Shown one piece after another: positions 19,283 through 28,760 of a stretch of DNA of 62,774 nucleotides (its first letter is position 1; the number at the start of each line of letters is the position of its first letter). This stretch comes from Patescibacteria group bacterium (GTDB lineage: Bacteria; Patescibacteriota; Microgenomatia; UBA8517), in NCBI GenBank assembly GCA_038206135.1, contig JBBRBD010000006.1, positions 1-62,774 on the forward strand, in the 5' to 3' direction. A program made the translations under genes and the position numbers. Below the pieces are notes generated by a model that worked only from the letters and a program-made list of their open reading frames with translations, ran no database searches and was not told the origin of the DNA.

Positions 19283-19341
19283 ATCTGTTTATGCGAGGGC
19301 TTTAGGGCCCTCGTTTTTTTATCCTTTGATATACTTACTCC

Positions 19342-20007
19342 ATGAAAATAGTTTGTGTTTTTGGTGAAGAATCCTTGGGTTCATACAAACGCTTCTCTCA
19401 TATTGTTGATACAACAAAAAAAAGAAATTGGGAACACCTTGATGTTCTCCCCACACACTCCTTGTCGGAAGTCTTGGCCAGTGGATCACTTTTTTCAAAT
19501 GAGCGCTTGATTACGGCACATGACGCTCAAAAAATCTCAATTAAGGACTATGAATGGCTTTCAAAACACAACTCAGAATATGAAGGCAGACTGTTACTCT
19601 ACTTTCCAAACACTATTCCAGCAGCTGTTAAAAAACTACTTCCAAAAGACACGGTCTATGAAGAATTTAAGCAAAAAAAAGAGCTCTTTATGTTTTTAGA
19701 ATCAATAGAACCAAATAGAGGTCAACTACTCATAAAACAATTCCATAGAATTATTGAAACAGATGCCCCGGAGCTTGTTCTTGCAATGCTCGGGCGTCAC
19801 GTCAGAGACTTAGCTTGGGTAAAGTCAGGTAGTATTGGCCTCGCGGCACCTCCCTGGAGACTGCAAAAGTTAACCAGACAAGCCCAGAAGTTTTCAAGCG
19901 ACAAGCTAAAGCAGTTTATACATGATTTGTCGGACGCTGACATTAAAAGTAAAAGTGGCGGGGGAGACATTACGCTTCTTTTGGACATTATCTTCATTAA
20001 GTTGTAA
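19342..20007 (+). CDS. holA: DNA polymerase III delta subunit-like (short)
   Basis: SLFSNERL, central helical domain, C-terminal LSDADIKSKSG...LLLD pattern; leaderless-type start. Confidence 0.7.
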   Translation: MKIVCVFGEESLGSYKRFSHIVDTTKKRNWEHLDVLPTHSLSEVLASGSLFSNERLITAHDAQKISIKDYEWLSKHNSEYEGRLLLYFPNTIPAAVKKLLPKDTVYEEFKQKKELFMFLESIEPNRGQLLIKQFHRIIETDAPELVLAMLGRHVRDLAWVKSGSIGLAAPPWRLQKLTRQAQKFSSDKLKQFIHDLSDADIKSKSGGGDITLLLDIIFIKL

Positions 20008-20016
20008 TATTCGAAT

Positions 20017-21432
20017 ATGAAGATTAGCCAGACAATGTTTCGCGGATATGACATACGCGGCATTGTTGGACAAGATCTTTCGTCAGATGTCATGACAACA
20101 CTTGGCAAGTCGTATGCCACCTTTCTTCACAGACGCCAAATTCGAGAATGTGTAGTCGGAATGGACATTCGTGAAACTTCACCCGTGTACAAAAATGCAT
20201 TTATAAAAGGACTTGTTGAAATGGGTATTGATGTCACTGACTTTGGATTGTCACTCACACAAATCATGTACTTCGCTCAATACCGTTACTTATCAAAAGG
20301 AGGAGCAATGATCACCGCTTCTCACAATCCCAAAGAGTTCAATGGATTAAAGTTGGCCGTTGGCTTTTCGGATACGCTCATCACCGAAGAAATACAAGAG
20401 ATTAAAAAAATTGCAGAAGACGAAAGTTTTGAAGGATGGGGAAAGACAGGAAGTGTAAAAATAGATGATGTGTTTCCCGCATATAAGGCCGACCTCATGA
20501 AGCGCACGCAACTTACTGATAGCGGACTGAAAGTGGTGATTGATTCAAGCTGCACAACAACAGGAAAATTCCTACCCACAATTCTTCGAGAAGCAGGATG
20601 CGATGTGGTTGAGAAAAATACAAATTTAGATCCAAGTTTTCCCCTTGGTACTCCAGACCCTACTGAAAAAGAGATATTAGAGCGTCTTGCCTCTGAAGTA
20701 TTGGAATCAAAGGCCGATCTTGGTGTAACCTATGACTCAGATGGAGACCGATTAGGAATCGTCGACTCGCTCGGAAGAATTATTTGGAATGATGTTTTGG
20801 TGGCGCTCTTTGCAGAAGATATTTTGCATTATTTACCCGGAAGCCCGATTGTATTTAACACTCTGTGTTCAAAAGTAGTAGGGGACACCATTGAAAAGTT
20901 CGGCGGAAAACCAGTGATGTGGATGGTTGGACACAGCTTTATTAAACAAAAGGTGAGAGAAACAAGAGCTCCTTTTGGCGGTGAGCTTTCAGGACACTTT
21001 TTCTTCATGGATAATTTTTACGGCCACGATGACGGAGCCTTTGCAACCTTAAGGCTGCTACAGTACTTAAAGCGCACAGGGAAAACGTTAGCGCAAGCTC
21101 TCGATGATCTCCCCAAATATATCGGTTCTCCTGAAATTAAACTTGGCCTTGCTGACGAAATAAAATTTGATTTTATAAACACAAAATTAACTGCTGACCT
21201 TAAAGAATTGATGCCTGAGGCTACATACATTGACATTGATGGTATTCGAGCTGACACAAAAACAACAATGGCTACAATTCGTGCGTCACAAAATGGCCCG
21301 TATATCACCATTAAGTTCGAAGGAAAAACACAGGAAGAATATGACTCTCTAAAAACAAAAATTCGGGACCTTCTGAAGAAGTATCCCGAAATCGATTGGT
21401 CAAAAGGCTCGAACACTCACGCTTTTGATTGA
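20017..21432 (+). CDS. Phosphomannomutase/phosphoglucomutase
   Basis: FRGYDIRG, ITASHNP, YDSDGDR, GGELSGH. Confidence 0.95.
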   Translation: MKISQTMFRGYDIRGIVGQDLSSDVMTTLGKSYATFLHRRQIRECVVGMDIRETSPVYKNAFIKGLVEMGIDVTDFGLSLTQIMYFAQYRYLSKGGAMITASHNPKEFNGLKLAVGFSDTLITEEIQEIKKIAEDESFEGWGKTGSVKIDDVFPAYKADLMKRTQLTDSGLKVVIDSSCTTTGKFLPTILREAGCDVVEKNTNLDPSFPLGTPDPTEKEILERLASEVLESKADLGVTYDSDGDRLGIVDSLGRIIWNDVLVALFAEDILHYLPGSPIVFNTLCSKVVGDTIEKFGGKPVMWMVGHSFIKQKVRETRAPFGGELSGHFFFMDNFYGHDDGAFATLRLLQYLKRTGKTLAQALDDLPKYIGSPEIKLGLADEIKFDFINTKLTADLKELMPEATYIDIDGIRADTKTTMATIRASQNGPYITIKFEGKTQEEYDSLKTKIRDLLKKYPEIDWSKGSNTHAFD

Positions 21433-21827
21433 ACTTCTAAATTCAATTCATGTAACAAGAGATCCGAAAAGAACGCTAAAATTTTCTGAGATGACTCGCT
21501 GCACTCCACCCAGGTTTTAACACATGCTCGGGGAATATTCATTAACTCCCCTTCTGGTGTGATTCGATAAATTGCTGCGGCCAATACATCTGCCGCATTT
21601 TTACTACCGACTTTTGTATATGATTGTCCCCGTAGCCAGGTATAAATCCAATCAGAACAATTGACTGTGTGTTCCTGAGCAACTTCATTTCCATTTAATC
21701 GAAGTGCCAACTTAAAACTTGATAACATCACTAAGTCAATGTCCTGTGACACAAAGAAATAAGCATATTCAAGAACTAAACGCTTTGTATCTGTGTCCAA
21801 CTCTTTTGCGAAAGCTTCCATTTGCAC
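21417..21827 (-). CDS. Hypothetical protein inserted between PMM and PGI/PMI genes
   Basis: AAGGAG SD on minus strand; 136 aa. Confidence 0.6.
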   Translation of the reverse strand: MQMEAFAKELDTDTKRLVLEYAYFFVSQDIDLVMLSSFKLALRLNGNEVAQEHTVNCSDWIYTWLRGQSYTKVGSKNAADVLAAAIYRITPEGELMNIPRACVKTWVECSESSQKILAFFSDLLLHELNLEVQSKA

Positions 21828-21907
21828 GAACTCCTTATTAACTCAAACACTTGGGACAAATTGTATCTCACTTGTGTTTTAAAAACAAATTGCTGTACTA
21901 TAAATTA

Positions 21908-22942
21908 ATGCCAGATCCAGTACTTGATACTATTCATTTTTTTCCTGATCAACTCCGCAGTAGTTGGACTGCAGTGACTTCTTTGCAAACGAGTATAGAC
22001 TTTTCAACAATACTAAATGTAGTCGTTTGTGGAATGGGAGGCTCTGCTCTTGGGGGGAGAATTGTGCATGCGCTTTCTGCAGACTCTCTGCATGTGCCAA
22101 TCGAAGTCGTGAGCGGTTACCATGTACCATTTTATGTCGGAGAGCAAACACTGGTGATTTTGTCTTCATATTCAGGAACCACAGAGGAAACATTAAACGC
22201 ATTCCACGAAGCATATGAGAAACGCGCACAGCTATTTGTTATTACAACAGGAGGGCCACTTTTAGACCTTGCCAATGAACACCAAATTCCCGTTTACAAA
22301 ATTAACCCTGAATTTAATCCTTCAAATCAACCCAGACTTGCACTTGGTTATGCAGTCGGAAGCTTGATTGCCCTTTTCAATAAAGCCGGATACTTAAGCA
22401 TAACGCAGGATCAATTTGAAAGTGCTATCCAGAAAGCCGTTAACTATTCGCACGAATTTGATTCTGAAACACTTGATGAAAATAATGAGGCAAAAAAAAT
22501 CACCAATGTACTTGGTGCAAAAATTCCTGTACTCATAGCGAGCGAACACTTATTTGGCGCAGTATACGCATTTAAAAATCAATTGAACGAAACTGCAAAA
22601 ACGTTTTCTGCAATTTATGACTTACCTGAGCTGAATCATCATTTGCTCGAAGGCCTACAGTTTCCAACGGACTTAAAGGATCACATTCAATTTGTATTTT
22701 TTGAAAGTGAGCTGTATTCGGACCGAGTTAAAAAGCGATACGGAATAACAGAAGAAGTTCTTAATAAACAAGGTATTGAATATGTTAAATATAATGTGAG
22801 ATCCATGGACAAGTTGTCACAGGTACTTGAAGTGCTTACTTTTGGCAGCTTTGTACAATATTATTTAGCTGTAAAAAACAATGTAAAAATGATGGAGATT
22901 CCCTGGGTTGATTACTTCAAAGAGCAAATGGGGAAAGACTAA
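21908..22942 (+). CDS. Bifunctional phosphoglucose/phosphomannose isomerase (SIS type)
   Basis: GMGGSALGG, SSYSGTTEETL, QPRLAL, QLNETAK, PELNHH; start moved to ATG 21908. Confidence 0.9.
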   Translation: MPDPVLDTIHFFPDQLRSSWTAVTSLQTSIDFSTILNVVVCGMGGSALGGRIVHALSADSLHVPIEVVSGYHVPFYVGEQTLVILSSYSGTTEETLNAFHEAYEKRAQLFVITTGGPLLDLANEHQIPVYKINPEFNPSNQPRLALGYAVGSLIALFNKAGYLSITQDQFESAIQKAVNYSHEFDSETLDENNEAKKITNVLGAKIPVLIASEHLFGAVYAFKNQLNETAKTFSAIYDLPELNHHLLEGLQFPTDLKDHIQFVFFESELYSDRVKKRYGITEEVLNKQGIEYVKYNVRSMDKLSQVLEVLTFGSFVQYYLAVKNNVKMMEIPWVDYFKEQMGKD

Positions 22943-22988
22943 AAGGAGTAGGTGGTGTAGTCACACTCCTTACTCCTTATTTTTTTTG

Positions 22989-23294
22989 CTAAACTGCGAA
23001 TGGTTTATACCAGCGTCCAAGGTAAAAGGTATAAACTGCGGCAGCTACGTATCCTGAAATACTGCCTAGAAATAAAGCAACAACTACTGAAATTAATCCC
23101 CAGACAATTGCTGCACGAATCTTTCGAGGTGGCGATATTTCAAGCGGCACAAACACCAACAAAAAGTAGGCTTAACTGACGGATCCAGTTAACGCTGTGG
23201 GTGCATCCACCACACTAAATAGTAATATGACCACACATGCATAAATAGAAATCACAACGACATTCCGAGTCACAAGTATCTGTTCTTTGGTCAC
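22989..23294 (-). pseudogene. Four-TM membrane protein gene interrupted by an in-frame TAA
   Basis: GGGAG SD, GTG start; 40 codons, TAA at 23172-23174, then 60 more codons of hydrophobic sequence in the same frame. Confidence 0.6.
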
Positions 23295-23464
23295 TGTAAA
23301 CTCCCAGTTAGCTTTTTATAAATACTGAATAAGTATATTCTAACCAGTACAAACTGTCAAACTATAAGACACAAAGCACAAATAACTCATAGGATAGATA
23401 TATATAGTGATATGCATTCATTTACACCCTTGCATGGCACACTAAACCGCTTTACTATGAATAT

Positions 23465-25750
23465 ATGCCAACTGCTCATCCTCTAATCGCATTCTTCAAA
23501 GACATAGACAAACACGATATTCCACTGGTCGGAGGGAAAGGCGCAAATCTTGGAGAAATGACCCAAGCAGGATTTCCAGTTCCTTATGGATTTGCAGTGA
23601 CTGTTGTGTCTTATGATCGATTCTTAGTCGACTCAGGTTTGCGTGATGAAATTAACGCATCTCTCAAGGGCTTAGATGTTGAAGATTCAGACGAACTTGA
23701 CCGCGTTGCACGTCACATTCAAAGAAGAATAATTGCAGCAGACTTCCCACAAGACGTAGCAAAAGAAGTAGTCGCGGCTTATAAAAAGCTTTCAGGATTC
23801 ATGAAAAAAGCAACCGTTGCAGTTCGTAGTTCCGCAACGGCCGAAGACTTACCAGGAGCAAGTTTTGCCGGACAACAAGCAACATTTTTAGATGTTAAAG
23901 GAGACGAATCACTTTTAGTTAACATCAAAGAATGTTGGGCTTCACTTTTCACTGCTCGAGCAATCTTTTATCGAGTACAAAATAAAATCAACCACGACAA
24001 AGTTAAAATCTGTGTCATCGTTCAAAAGATGGTGCAGTCTGAAGTTTCTGGAGTCATGTTCTCAATTAATCCTGTCACAAACGAAAAAGATCGCATTGTA
24101 ATCGAGTCAGTCTGGGGACTTGGGGAAATGATTGTACAAGGCGCTGTTCTTCCAGATAAATATGTAGTTCAAAAAGAAACATTCTCTATTCTTTCAAAAG
24201 AAGTTTCTGATCAATCAAAACAATTGGTTCGTCATGGAAATGGTACTCGTGAAGAAGAAGTACCAATGGCATGGCGCGACAAACAAAAAATAACTGACAA
24301 AGAAATTGTTGATCTTGCAAAAATCGCAAATAAGCTTCAAGAGCACTATTACTTTCCGCAAGACATGGAATGGGCAAAGCAAGATGGGAAACTATACATC
24401 ACCCAGACTCGTCCAATTACCACAATGGCTGCCGTTAAAAAGTCGAGTGCAGCAGGAGCCGCTGGAGTAGGACTTGATGTCACTCCATTCTTGTCAGGTG
24501 AACCTGCAAGCCCTGGAATTGGCTCCGGACATGTCAGAATTTTGAAGTCTCCAAGTGAGATTGATCATGTACATCCTGGAGACGTGTTAGTAGCAGAAAT
24601 GACTTCTCCTGATTATGTGCCTGCTATGAAAAAGGCGTCTGCAATTATTACAAACGAAGGTGGATCAACGTCACACGCCGCGATCGTTTCTCGTGAACTC
24701 GGAGTTCCTTGTGTTGTTGGAACTCGAACTGCAACCCACGCCTTGAAAGAAGACCAAATTGTAACAGTAGATGGTGCAAAAGGACTTATTTACTTGGGAG
24801 GAAAGTTGCCAGAAGCTGACGCAAAGCTCGCAGCCGCTGCAAAGAAAGTTATGAAGAAAAAGAAGCGAGTAAAGACAGCTACTAAGATCTACGTTAACTT
24901 GGCCGAACCAGAACGCGCAAAAGAAATTGCTAAGAAGTACGTTGATGGAGTGGGACTTTTAAGAGCTGAATTTATGATTGCAAACATTGGTATTCATCCA
25001 AAAGAAGCAATTAAGCTAAAAACTCAAGACAAGTTTATTAAAAAACTTGCACACGAGCTTGAGATATTTTGTGAAGCATTTTATCCACGTCCCGTAACTT
25101 ATCGTGCAACTGATTTTAAAACTAATGAATATAGAGCGCTTCCCGGTGGAAAAACGTGGGAACCAATTGAGCCAAATCCTCTGCTCGGATTTAGAGGAGC
25201 ATTTAGATATGTGGCAAATCCAGAAGTGTTTAACTTAGAGCTGCAAGCTATTAAAATTGTTCGAGAAAAGTATAAGAACTTGAACCTGATGATTCCGTTT
25301 TGTCGATCTCCACAGGAACTTGCACGAGTGAGAAAATTAGTTTCAGCATCCGGACTATTTGAAAGCACCACCTTTAAGTTTTTGATGATGTGTGAGCTTC
25401 CAGTTAACGTCATTATGCTTGAAGACTTTATTAAAGTTGGTATTGATGGCATTTCAATTGGAAGTAATGACTTAACTATGCTTCTACTGGGAACTGATCG
25501 AGATAACTCTGAAGTAGCACAAGCATTTAATGAGCGCGCTCCAGTCGTTGATTGGGCACTAAAACGAGTAATTAAAACTTGTAACAAATATGGAATCACT
25601 AGTTCTATTTGTGGACAGGCGCCATCAACATATGAAGACTTAGTTGAAAAATTAGTTAACTGGGGAGTAACTGGAATATCAGTAAACCCGGACGCAATCG
25701 AGAGAGTTCGAGAAGTAGTCGCAAAAACAGAGAAAAAGATTGTATCCTAG
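23465..25750 (+). CDS. ppsA: Phosphoenolpyruvate synthase
   Basis: VGGKGANLGEM, VRSSATAED, TSHAAIVSRE, GVGLLRAEF, SIGSNDL. Confidence 0.95.
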   Translation: MPTAHPLIAFFKDIDKHDIPLVGGKGANLGEMTQAGFPVPYGFAVTVVSYDRFLVDSGLRDEINASLKGLDVEDSDELDRVARHIQRRIIAADFPQDVAKEVVAAYKKLSGFMKKATVAVRSSATAEDLPGASFAGQQATFLDVKGDESLLVNIKECWASLFTARAIFYRVQNKINHDKVKICVIVQKMVQSEVSGVMFSINPVTNEKDRIVIESVWGLGEMIVQGAVLPDKYVVQKETFSILSKEVSDQSKQLVRHGNGTREEEVPMAWRDKQKITDKEIVDLAKIANKLQEHYYFPQDMEWAKQDGKLYITQTRPITTMAAVKKSSAAGAAGVGLDVTPFLSGEPASPGIGSGHVRILKSPSEIDHVHPGDVLVAEMTSPDYVPAMKKASAIITNEGGSTSHAAIVSRELGVPCVVGTRTATHALKEDQIVTVDGAKGLIYLGGKLPEADAKLAAAAKKVMKKKKRVKTATKIYVNLAEPERAKEIAKKYVDGVGLLRAEFMIANIGIHPKEAIKLKTQDKFIKKLAHELEIFCEAFYPRPVTYRATDFKTNEYRALPGGKTWEPIEPNPLLGFRGAFRYVANPEVFNLELQAIKIVREKYKNLNLMIPFCRSPQELARVRKLVSASGLFESTTFKFLMMCELPVNVIMLEDFIKVGIDGISIGSNDLTMLLLGTDRDNSEVAQAFNERAPVVDWALKRVIKTCNKYGITSSICGQAPSTYEDLVEKLVNWGVTGISVNPDAIERVREVVAKTEKKIVS

Positions 25751-25765
25751 GTAAAGAAGTCTTCT

Positions 25766-27070
25766 ATGGCAAAAATACATAAAATATGGGCGCGCGAGAT
25801 TTTGGATTCACGAGCCACCCCAACGGTTGAAGCCGCGTGTCAACTTGATAATGGAATAATTGCAGTGGCTTCAGTACCCTCTGGAATGTCTACGGGCTCG
25901 CATGAAGCTTTAGAGCTTAGAGACGGGGATGCCACAAGATATTGGGGAAAAGGAGTATTAAAAGCAGTTTCTAATGTAAACAACATTTTAGGGCCAGCCG
26001 TCGTTCAATCTCAAATTGATGTTGATGATCAACAAAAACTCGACACACTTCTGATTCAATTAGACGGCACTGAAAACAAATCAAAGCTCGGCGCAAACAG
26101 TATACTGGCTGTTTCTTCTGTTATTTTGAAAGCTGCAGCGGCTGCAAAAGGAATGCCAATTTACTCATGGGTACAACAGCTTGCAATTACCCACGGATTA
26201 AACCCCAGAGTTCACGCACCAACCCCACTTTTTAATATGATTAACGGAGGACTTCATGGAGCGGGTAACTTAGATTTTCAAGAATTTTTTGTAATCCCTG
26301 CAAGCTCAAAGACTTACTCAGAAGGACTTCGGGTGGGAGTCGAAATATATATGACCATTGGAAACAATCTAACGCGCCGTGGAGCCATTCACTCAGTTGG
26401 GAATGAAGGGGGATATGCACCAAACTTATTCACCAATACTGATGCCTTGGAAATTCTTGTTGAGTCAATCAGAGAAGCTAATTACCAAGTTGGACGAGAT
26501 GTCTTTTTAGGGCTCGACGTTGCAGCAGACACCTTTTATAAAGGAAACGTATATACCATTCGTGACAAGTCGACGCCACTAAACGAAACCGCCATGATTG
26601 AGTTTTATAAAGAAGTGAACAACATGTATCACTTGGCAGTTTTGGAAGATCCACTCTATGAAGACGGCTGGGAAGGATGGAATAAACTCAGGGAAGCTTT
26701 TGGAGATCAAATGACTATAGTGGGGGACGATCTCTTGGCCACAAACCCAAAGCGTGTTCAAAAAGCAATTGAACAAAAATCATGTAATGCAATCCTCGTG
26801 AAACCAAATCAGATTGGAACAATTACAGAAACTCTAAATGTTATTAAAATGTGTAAAGATGCAAATTGGAAAATTATTGTTTCACATAGGTCAGGGGAGA
26901 CAAATGAATTTATGATTGCTGACTTTGCAACGGGAGTGGGAGCTGACTACGTAAAGTTTGGAGCTCCTGCCAGAGGAGAGAGAGTTGCAAAATACAACAG
27001 ACTTTTGTCCATTGAAGCAGAGCTTGCCATGCAGCAGCCACAACAAGCAGCTCCACCTGCAGCCGTATAA
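25766..27070 (+). CDS. eno: Enolase
   Basis: REILDSR, VPSGMSTG, VGDDL, SHRSGET, RVAKYNRLL. Confidence 0.97.
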   Translation: MAKIHKIWAREILDSRATPTVEAACQLDNGIIAVASVPSGMSTGSHEALELRDGDATRYWGKGVLKAVSNVNNILGPAVVQSQIDVDDQQKLDTLLIQLDGTENKSKLGANSILAVSSVILKAAAAAKGMPIYSWVQQLAITHGLNPRVHAPTPLFNMINGGLHGAGNLDFQEFFVIPASSKTYSEGLRVGVEIYMTIGNNLTRRGAIHSVGNEGGYAPNLFTNTDALEILVESIREANYQVGRDVFLGLDVAADTFYKGNVYTIRDKSTPLNETAMIEFYKEVNNMYHLAVLEDPLYEDGWEGWNKLREAFGDQMTIVGDDLLATNPKRVQKAIEQKSCNAILVKPNQIGTITETLNVIKMCKDANWKIIVSHRSGETNEFMIADFATGVGADYVKFGAPARGERVAKYNRLLSIEAELAMQQPQQAAPPAAV

Positions 27071-27101
27071 TGGTGTTTTTCCTCCATGCTACTATATCTA
27101 T

Positions 27102-28760
27102 ATGAACGATAAATTTGCCATGCTTGTTGTGCTTGACGGATTTGGTATTGCACCTGCAGGATCCGGAAACGCAATGAGTCAGGCAAATATTCCAAACATC
27201 AAGGGACTTATGGCCGGGTTTCCTCATACGCAGCTTGGCGCTTCAGGCGAGTCTGTAGGGCTTCCGAGAGGAGAAGTAGGTAACACTGAAACGGGGCACT
27301 TAAACTTGGGGGCAGGACGAATTGTATATCAAGACTTGGCTCGCATTAATATGTCTATTGCCGATGGCTCATTTTTTGAAAACCCAATATTAAAAAATGC
27401 AGTTGAACACGTTAACAAAAACAAGTCTAACCTGCACTTAATGGGGCTTGTTGGAGCGGGAGGTGTTCACAGTAACATTGAGCACTTGTATTCAATACTT
27501 CACTTCTGTGCACAAAACAAGCTCACAAATGTATTTTTACATGCCTTTACTGATGGCCGTGACTCACCACCAAACGCGAGTGCTACGTATTTGGCACAAG
27601 TGCAGGAAGTTATGGCTCGTGAAAAAGTGGGACAGATTGCGTCAGTCATGGGCCGCTATTGGGCAATGGACCGAGATCTTCGATGGGACCGAACGGCAAG
27701 AGCATATTTTGCATTAACCAGAGGAGAGGGCCACTTATATAAGACAGTCAAAGAAGTAATTGAGGACTCATATTCAAGAGGTCAAACCGACGAATTTATC
27801 GAGCCCTCGTTAATTTCAAATGCAGCAGGGGTCCCCATTGCACAAATTAAAAATGGAGACTCTGTTATATTTTTCAACTTTAGAATTGACCGACCCCGGC
27901 AGCTTGCTCGTGCATTTATGCTACCCGATATTGGCTCAAAAATGGACTTTGACCCATACACAATCAAATACGAAAAGAAACACGTTGTTGAACCCAAAAG
28001 AGCAAACATTGGCTTTGATCGCGGAACACTTTTGAAAGACCTCTATTTTGTGACCATGACTGAATATGAAAAACCGTTAACACAAGTTGGTGTTCATCCC
28101 CTGTTTCCACCTGAACAAATTACCATGCCTCTCGGCAGAGCAATTTCCGTAGAAGGCCTTCGACAACTACATGCTGCAGAAAGCGAGAAGGAGAGATTTG
28201 TGACTTTTTACTTTAACGGGCAGCAAGAACAACCATACCCGGGAGAAGATGTTCTGATTGTACCGTCCCCAAAAGTCCCCACCTATGACTTGAAGCCCGA
28301 AATGAGCGCCCGAGAGTTGACCACCGCAGTCCTTGATAAACTCAGTCACCAAAATGATTATTCGTTTGTTGTCATTAACTTTGCTAATGCCGATATGGTC
28401 GGACACACCGGGAACCTGCAAGCTGCAATAAAAGCCATTGAAACCCTGGATGAATGTGTGGGAAAGCTTTCGAGCTATGTACTTTCCCGTGGAGGGCTCA
28501 TGATTGTGACAGCAGACCACGGAAACGCTGAACAAATGATTAATTTAAAAACGGGAGCGGTTTCGACAGAACACAGCGACAATCCCGTGCCCTTTTTAGC
28601 AGTTTCAGAAAGCTTCAGACAACACCCTGAAATGCTGACCTCTGGAATTTTAGCTGATGTAGCTCCAACAATTCTCGCGTATTTGGGTCTCGAAATCCCC
28701 GGCTCCATGATGGGCCGTAACTTGCTCTCAGACATTACGCATACTACAATGCCCCAATGA
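27102..28760 (+). CDS. gpmI: 2,3-bisphosphoglycerate-independent phosphoglycerate mutase
   Basis: LVVLDGFG, DGRD, GRYWAMDRD, NFRIDR, DMVGHTG, TADHGN; start moved to ATG 27102. Confidence 0.95.
   Translation: MNDKFAMLVVLDGFGIAPAGSGNAMSQANIPNIKGLMAGFPHTQLGASGESVGLPRGEVGNTETGHLNLGAGRIVYQDLARINMSIADGSFFENPILKNAVEHVNKNKSNLHLMGLVGAGGVHSNIEHLYSILHFCAQNKLTNVFLHAFTDGRDSPPNASATYLAQVQEVMAREKVGQIASVMGRYWAMDRDLRWDRTARAYFALTRGEGHLYKTVKEVIEDSYSRGQTDEFIEPSLISNAAGVPIAQIKNGDSVIFFNFRIDRPRQLARAFMLPDIGSKMDFDPYTIKYEKKHVVEPKRANIGFDRGTLLKDLYFVTMTEYEKPLTQVGVHPLFPPEQITMPLGRAISVEGLRQLHAAESEKERFVTFYFNGQQEQPYPGEDVLIVPSPKVPTYDLKPEMSARELTTAVLDKLSHQNDYSFVVINFANADMVGHTGNLQAAIKAIETLDECVGKLSSYVLSRGGLMIVTADHGNAEQMINLKTGAVSTEHSDNPVPFLAVSESFRQHPEMLTSGILADVAPTILAYLGLEIPGSMMGRNLLSDITHTTMPQ

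Noticed and set aside
27029-27070. Gln/Pro/Ala-rich tail on enolase (MQQPQQAAPPAAV)
   Set aside because: Short low-complexity extension; no evidence for a separate function
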